Shown here: positions 31,325 through 33,986 of the stretch, one piece after another | How the letters are laid out: every line of letters begins with the position of its first letter | Position numbering within the stretch: the first letter of the stretch is position 1 | Assembly (NCBI GenBank): GCA_037446635.1 | Contig: JBBIIG010000041.1 | Span: 1-33,986, forward strand | Source of the DNA: a bacterium | GTDB taxonomy: Bacteria > Zhuqueibacterota > Zhuqueibacteria > Oceanimicrobiales > Oceanimicrobiaceae | Direction: 5' to 3' | DNA length: 33,986 nucleotides | Notes under the pieces: model-generated | Told to the model about the DNA's origin: nothing | Database searches by the model: none | The model's input: the letters and a program-made list of their open reading frames with translations, nothing else | Translations under genes and position numbers: made by a program

Positions 31325-31414
31325 GTATGGGCGAGGTGACCCCGCCCCTACGGATGCGGGTATGTGCCCCGTAGGGGCGGGGTGACCCCGCCCCTACAAG
31401 ACCTCGCCACCTAC
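31325..31414. repeat. REP cluster between hsdM and hsdS
   Basis: GTATGGGCGAGGTGACCCCGCCCCTAC, GTAGGGGCGGGGTGACCCCGCCCCTAC and a half copy. Confidence 0.88.
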
Positions 31415-31422
31415 GGGTACAT

Positions 31423-32961
31423 TCAAAAATTCAATCCCAATTCCTTCAAAATTCTCGCCAACTTCTCATCCGCCTCGCGCCGTTCCTCCTCGGCTTCCTG
31501 CAGCAGCACCACCGCGTCTTCCAGCGGCAGGGTGTCGTCCTCGCCGTCCTGCGCCACGTAGCGCGAGGGACTCAAATTGTAGTCGTTGCGGGCGGCTTCT
31601 TCTGTTGAAATAATTTTACTCAGACCTTCCTGTTCTTGCCAGTTCAGATATACCCCGGCAATCCGCTGGATGCTCTCGTCTGGTAGAAAATTCTTGGGCC
31701 GGCCTTTCTGAAAAAGCTGTGAGGCGTTGATGAGCAGGATGCGCCCTTGTTGGGCGGACGGCCGTCCGCCTTTACGGACCACCAGAATGATGCCCGGCGC
31801 GGGGGTGTTGTAAAACAGGTTCTCCGGCAGCAGCAGCACCGCTTCCACCCAATCCTTTTCCACAAAGGCTTTGCGGATATCGCGCTCACGATTTTTGCCC
31901 ACGTTGCCGCTGCCGCGGGAGACCGCGCCGGTGTCCAGCACCACGGCCATTTTGCCGCCCTCTTTGAGTGAAGCCGCCATGTGCTGAATCCACCCCCAGT
32001 CGGCGCTGTTGGAGGGCGGGTATCCCAGGCCGAAGCGGTTGTGCGGGTCGTTTTCGTAGAGGCTCTGAAGGAAGTCCTGGTTCCACATGGGATTGGCGGT
32101 TACCAGATCGAACTGGCGCAGGGAGCCGTCGGCGTTGGTAAAGGCGGGACGGGTCATGGTGTCGCCCAGGGCGATGTGCGCCTCCATGTCGTGAATGAAA
32201 GCGTTCATGCGGGCCATAGCGTAGGTGGCGTGCAAAATTTCCTGGCCGTAAAACCGCAGCGGCGATACCTTGGGGTCGGCGTCGTATTTTTCTTTGAAGC
32301 GCAGGTAGCACTTGATGAGCAGGCCGCCGGAGCCGCAGCAAGGATCGTAAATGTCGGTGTCTGGCTGCGGGTCGAGGATGTGCGCCATGAGAATCGCCAC
32401 CTCTCGCGGGGTGTAGAACTCGCCGGCGCTCTGGCCGGAACCTTCGGCGAATTTGCGCAGCAGGTACTCGTAGGCGCGCCCGAGGATATCCGGCTCCACG
32501 TCCTTCAGACCGAGGCGATAGCGTCCGAGCACATCGATGAGCAGCCGGAGCTTGTCGTCGGAGATAATGCGCTGGCCGCCGGCAGTGGCGTTGAAATCTA
32601 CCATATTGATGACGCCCTCAAGCTTGGGATTTTCGCGGGCGATGGCGCGCACGGCATCGGTGAGAAACTCACCGACGTTGGTGGTTTGTTTCGCGATATG
32701 ATCCCAACGCGCGCCCGGCGGCAGGTAAAAGCGCACGAGGGTGTGATCGCGGGCGATGAGGTCTTCCGCCAACTCTGTGCTGCCGTACTCTTGGGCGAGC
32801 CGCGCTACCTCATCTTTGAACACATCGGAAAGCCGCTTGAAAAAGATGAGGGGTAGAATATAGTCTTTGTACTTGGGCGCGTCGATTTCACCGCGAATTT
32901 TGCAGGCGGCTTCCCAGAGCCAGTTTTCGAGAGTTTTGATGTCGAGGTTGGAGTTGGGCAT
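31423..32961 (-). CDS. hsdM: Type I RM N6-adenine methyltransferase subunit M
   Basis: 'LWEAACKIRG', 'GEFYTPREV', motif I DPCCGSGG, motif IV NPMW and 'YNLSPSRYV'. Confidence 0.96.
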   Translation of the reverse strand: MPNSNLDIKTLENWLWEAACKIRGEIDAPKYKDYILPLIFFKRLSDVFKDEVARLAQEYGSTELAEDLIARDHTLVRFYLPPGARWDHIAKQTTNVGEFLTDAVRAIARENPKLEGVINMVDFNATAGGQRIISDDKLRLLIDVLGRYRLGLKDVEPDILGRAYEYLLRKFAEGSGQSAGEFYTPREVAILMAHILDPQPDTDIYDPCCGSGGLLIKCYLRFKEKYDADPKVSPLRFYGQEILHATYAMARMNAFIHDMEAHIALGDTMTRPAFTNADGSLRQFDLVTANPMWNQDFLQSLYENDPHNRFGLGYPPSNSADWGWIQHMAASLKEGGKMAVVLDTGAVSRGSGNVGKNRERDIRKAFVEKDWVEAVLLLPENLFYNTPAPGIILVVRKGGRPSAQQGRILLINASQLFQKGRPKNFLPDESIQRIAGVYLNWQEQEGLSKIISTEEAARNDYNLSPSRYVAQDGEDDTLPLEDAVVLLQEAEEERREADEKLARILKELGLNF

Positions 32962-33000
32962 GTTTCAATAACAACTAATTTTGCAGTTATGATTTGCAAA

Positions 33001-33034
33001 ACGTGCCACGCACTTTTAGAAGTGCGTGGCACGT
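33001..33034. repeat. Perfect 15-bp-stem palindrome (REP-like element or terminator)
   Basis: ACGTGCCACGCACTT-TTAG-AAGTGCGTGGCACGT, just after the GH13 stop codon. Confidence 0.75.
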
Positions 33035-33039
33035 CGTTC

Positions 33040-33986
33040 CTACTTCAACTTCACCAGCTTAAGCGATTTCGCAAAATCATTACCCGCAGCGAAGTGCACG
33101 ATGTAAATCCCGGACGCCGTTTCCCCGCCGCCGGCGTCTTTTCCGTCCCACTGAATCGTATATTGTCCCGCCGGCTTGAATTCATCCACCAGCGTGCGGA
33201 TTTGCTGGCCCAGGAGGTTGTAAATTCTCAGCGTCACTTGCGCAGCAGTTGGTACATCAAAACGGATGCTCGTGGTGGGATTGAATGGGTTGGGGTAATT
33301 TTGATAAAGCCGAAAGGCCGTGGGCTGAACTCCGTCATGGTTTGGAACCGATAACACGATGCTGTCCGGCGAACTGGCGAACACCAGCGCTGAGTAAGCC
33401 GGGATCGTTAGACTCGGAAGCGGTACCTGCGTCACCGAAAGGACACTCTGATCAAAAATATTGTGCCAGTCGCCGGGCGCCAGCCACTGCACGTTGTTGA
33501 CCGTCTGCTCGAGGTTTCGGAAATTGGCGGCCGCCATCACCTGCTCGCCGGAAGCCGGGTCGTCGAAGCCCCAGATGAGAATTTTTTCGGTGGTGAAGCG
33601 CTGCAGCTTCCGCAGTTCCCCCTGGAAGAGCGCGGGATTTTTCTTGCGGTGCAAAATCAACGGGCGGTAGTAATCAAAATGGGCGCGGCCGCGATCGGTT
33701 TGCAGCCAACTCCAGGTCACCGGGCGATAGGAGAGCTTCTCGCCGTCGTTGCGCCAGCCGCGCGGCTCACTGAATTCCATGCCCTGCCACAGCATCGGAA
33801 TGCCGAGGGAGGTGAACATCAGGGTGGCGTAAAGCTTATCCCGCTGCACGGCCTCAGCTACCGGCACGCCCTGAAAGGTCGTCATTTCGTAAATCAGCGA
33901 TTGCTCGTCGTGGTTGACGTTCATATTGACCGGCTCGGTGCGATTGGCGTAGCGGTTGGGAGTGGCGGGCGTGTCGTTACCCGGGT
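33040..33986 (-). CDS. GH13 alpha-amylase-family glycoside hydrolase, C-terminal part, with FlgD-Ig/T9SS-like CTD
   Basis: 'NHDE', 'LMFTSLGIPMLWQGMEF', a beta-sandwich domain and 'QNYPNPFNP'. The frame is open to the window end. Confidence 0.82.
   Translation of the reverse strand, partial: PGNDTPATPNRYANRTEPVNMNVNHDEQSLIYEMTTFQGVPVAEAVQRDKLYATLMFTSLGIPMLWQGMEFSEPRGWRNDGEKLSYRPVTWSWLQTDRGRAHFDYYRPLILHRKKNPALFQGELRKLQRFTTEKILIWGFDDPASGEQVMAAANFRNLEQTVNNVQWLAPGDWHNIFDQSVLSVTQVPLPSLTIPAYSALVFASSPDSIVLSVPNHDGVQPTAFRLYQNYPNPFNPTTSIRFDVPTAAQVTLRIYNLLGQQIRTLVDEFKPAGQYTIQWDGKDAGGGETASGIYIVHFAAGNDFAKSLKLVKLK

Overview
Bacterial chromosomal window of moderately high GC. Three proteins end in FlgD-Ig/T9SS-like '(N/V)YPNPFN' tails, which suggests an FCB-related lineage such as KSB1 or Calditrichota (inference). 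Left to right: partial GAF-domain signalling gene; DUF4920 lipoprotein; two translationally coupled giant secreted proteins (purple acid phosphatase + beta-propeller phytase, and alginate-lyase-like + degenerate phytase); AlkZ-like glycosylase; class-A-like serine hydrolase with a TLC/Npt-HEAT transporter; ridA-mlaEFD; an ABC-2 exporter operon with a lipoprotein and an unannotated 33-aa peptide; gpmA; ferritin; a candidate sRNA unit; a low-GC DUF5131 gene fused to a TcmP-like remnant; hydantoinase/oxoprolinase A; a Type I RM locus (hsdM-hsdS-RAYT-hsdR-M48); and a partial GH13 gene. The most striking signal is that a RAYT HUH transposase and its GTAG REP palindromes are interwoven with the RM operon. 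REPs flank hsdS on both sides, and in-frame REP(-like) palindromes lie inside hsdS (between the two TRDs), hsdR, hsdM and RAYT itself. Several other dispersed palindromic or MITE-like families fill the intergenic regions, and some enter coding sequences. All assignments come from motifs read by eye; no database searches were run.
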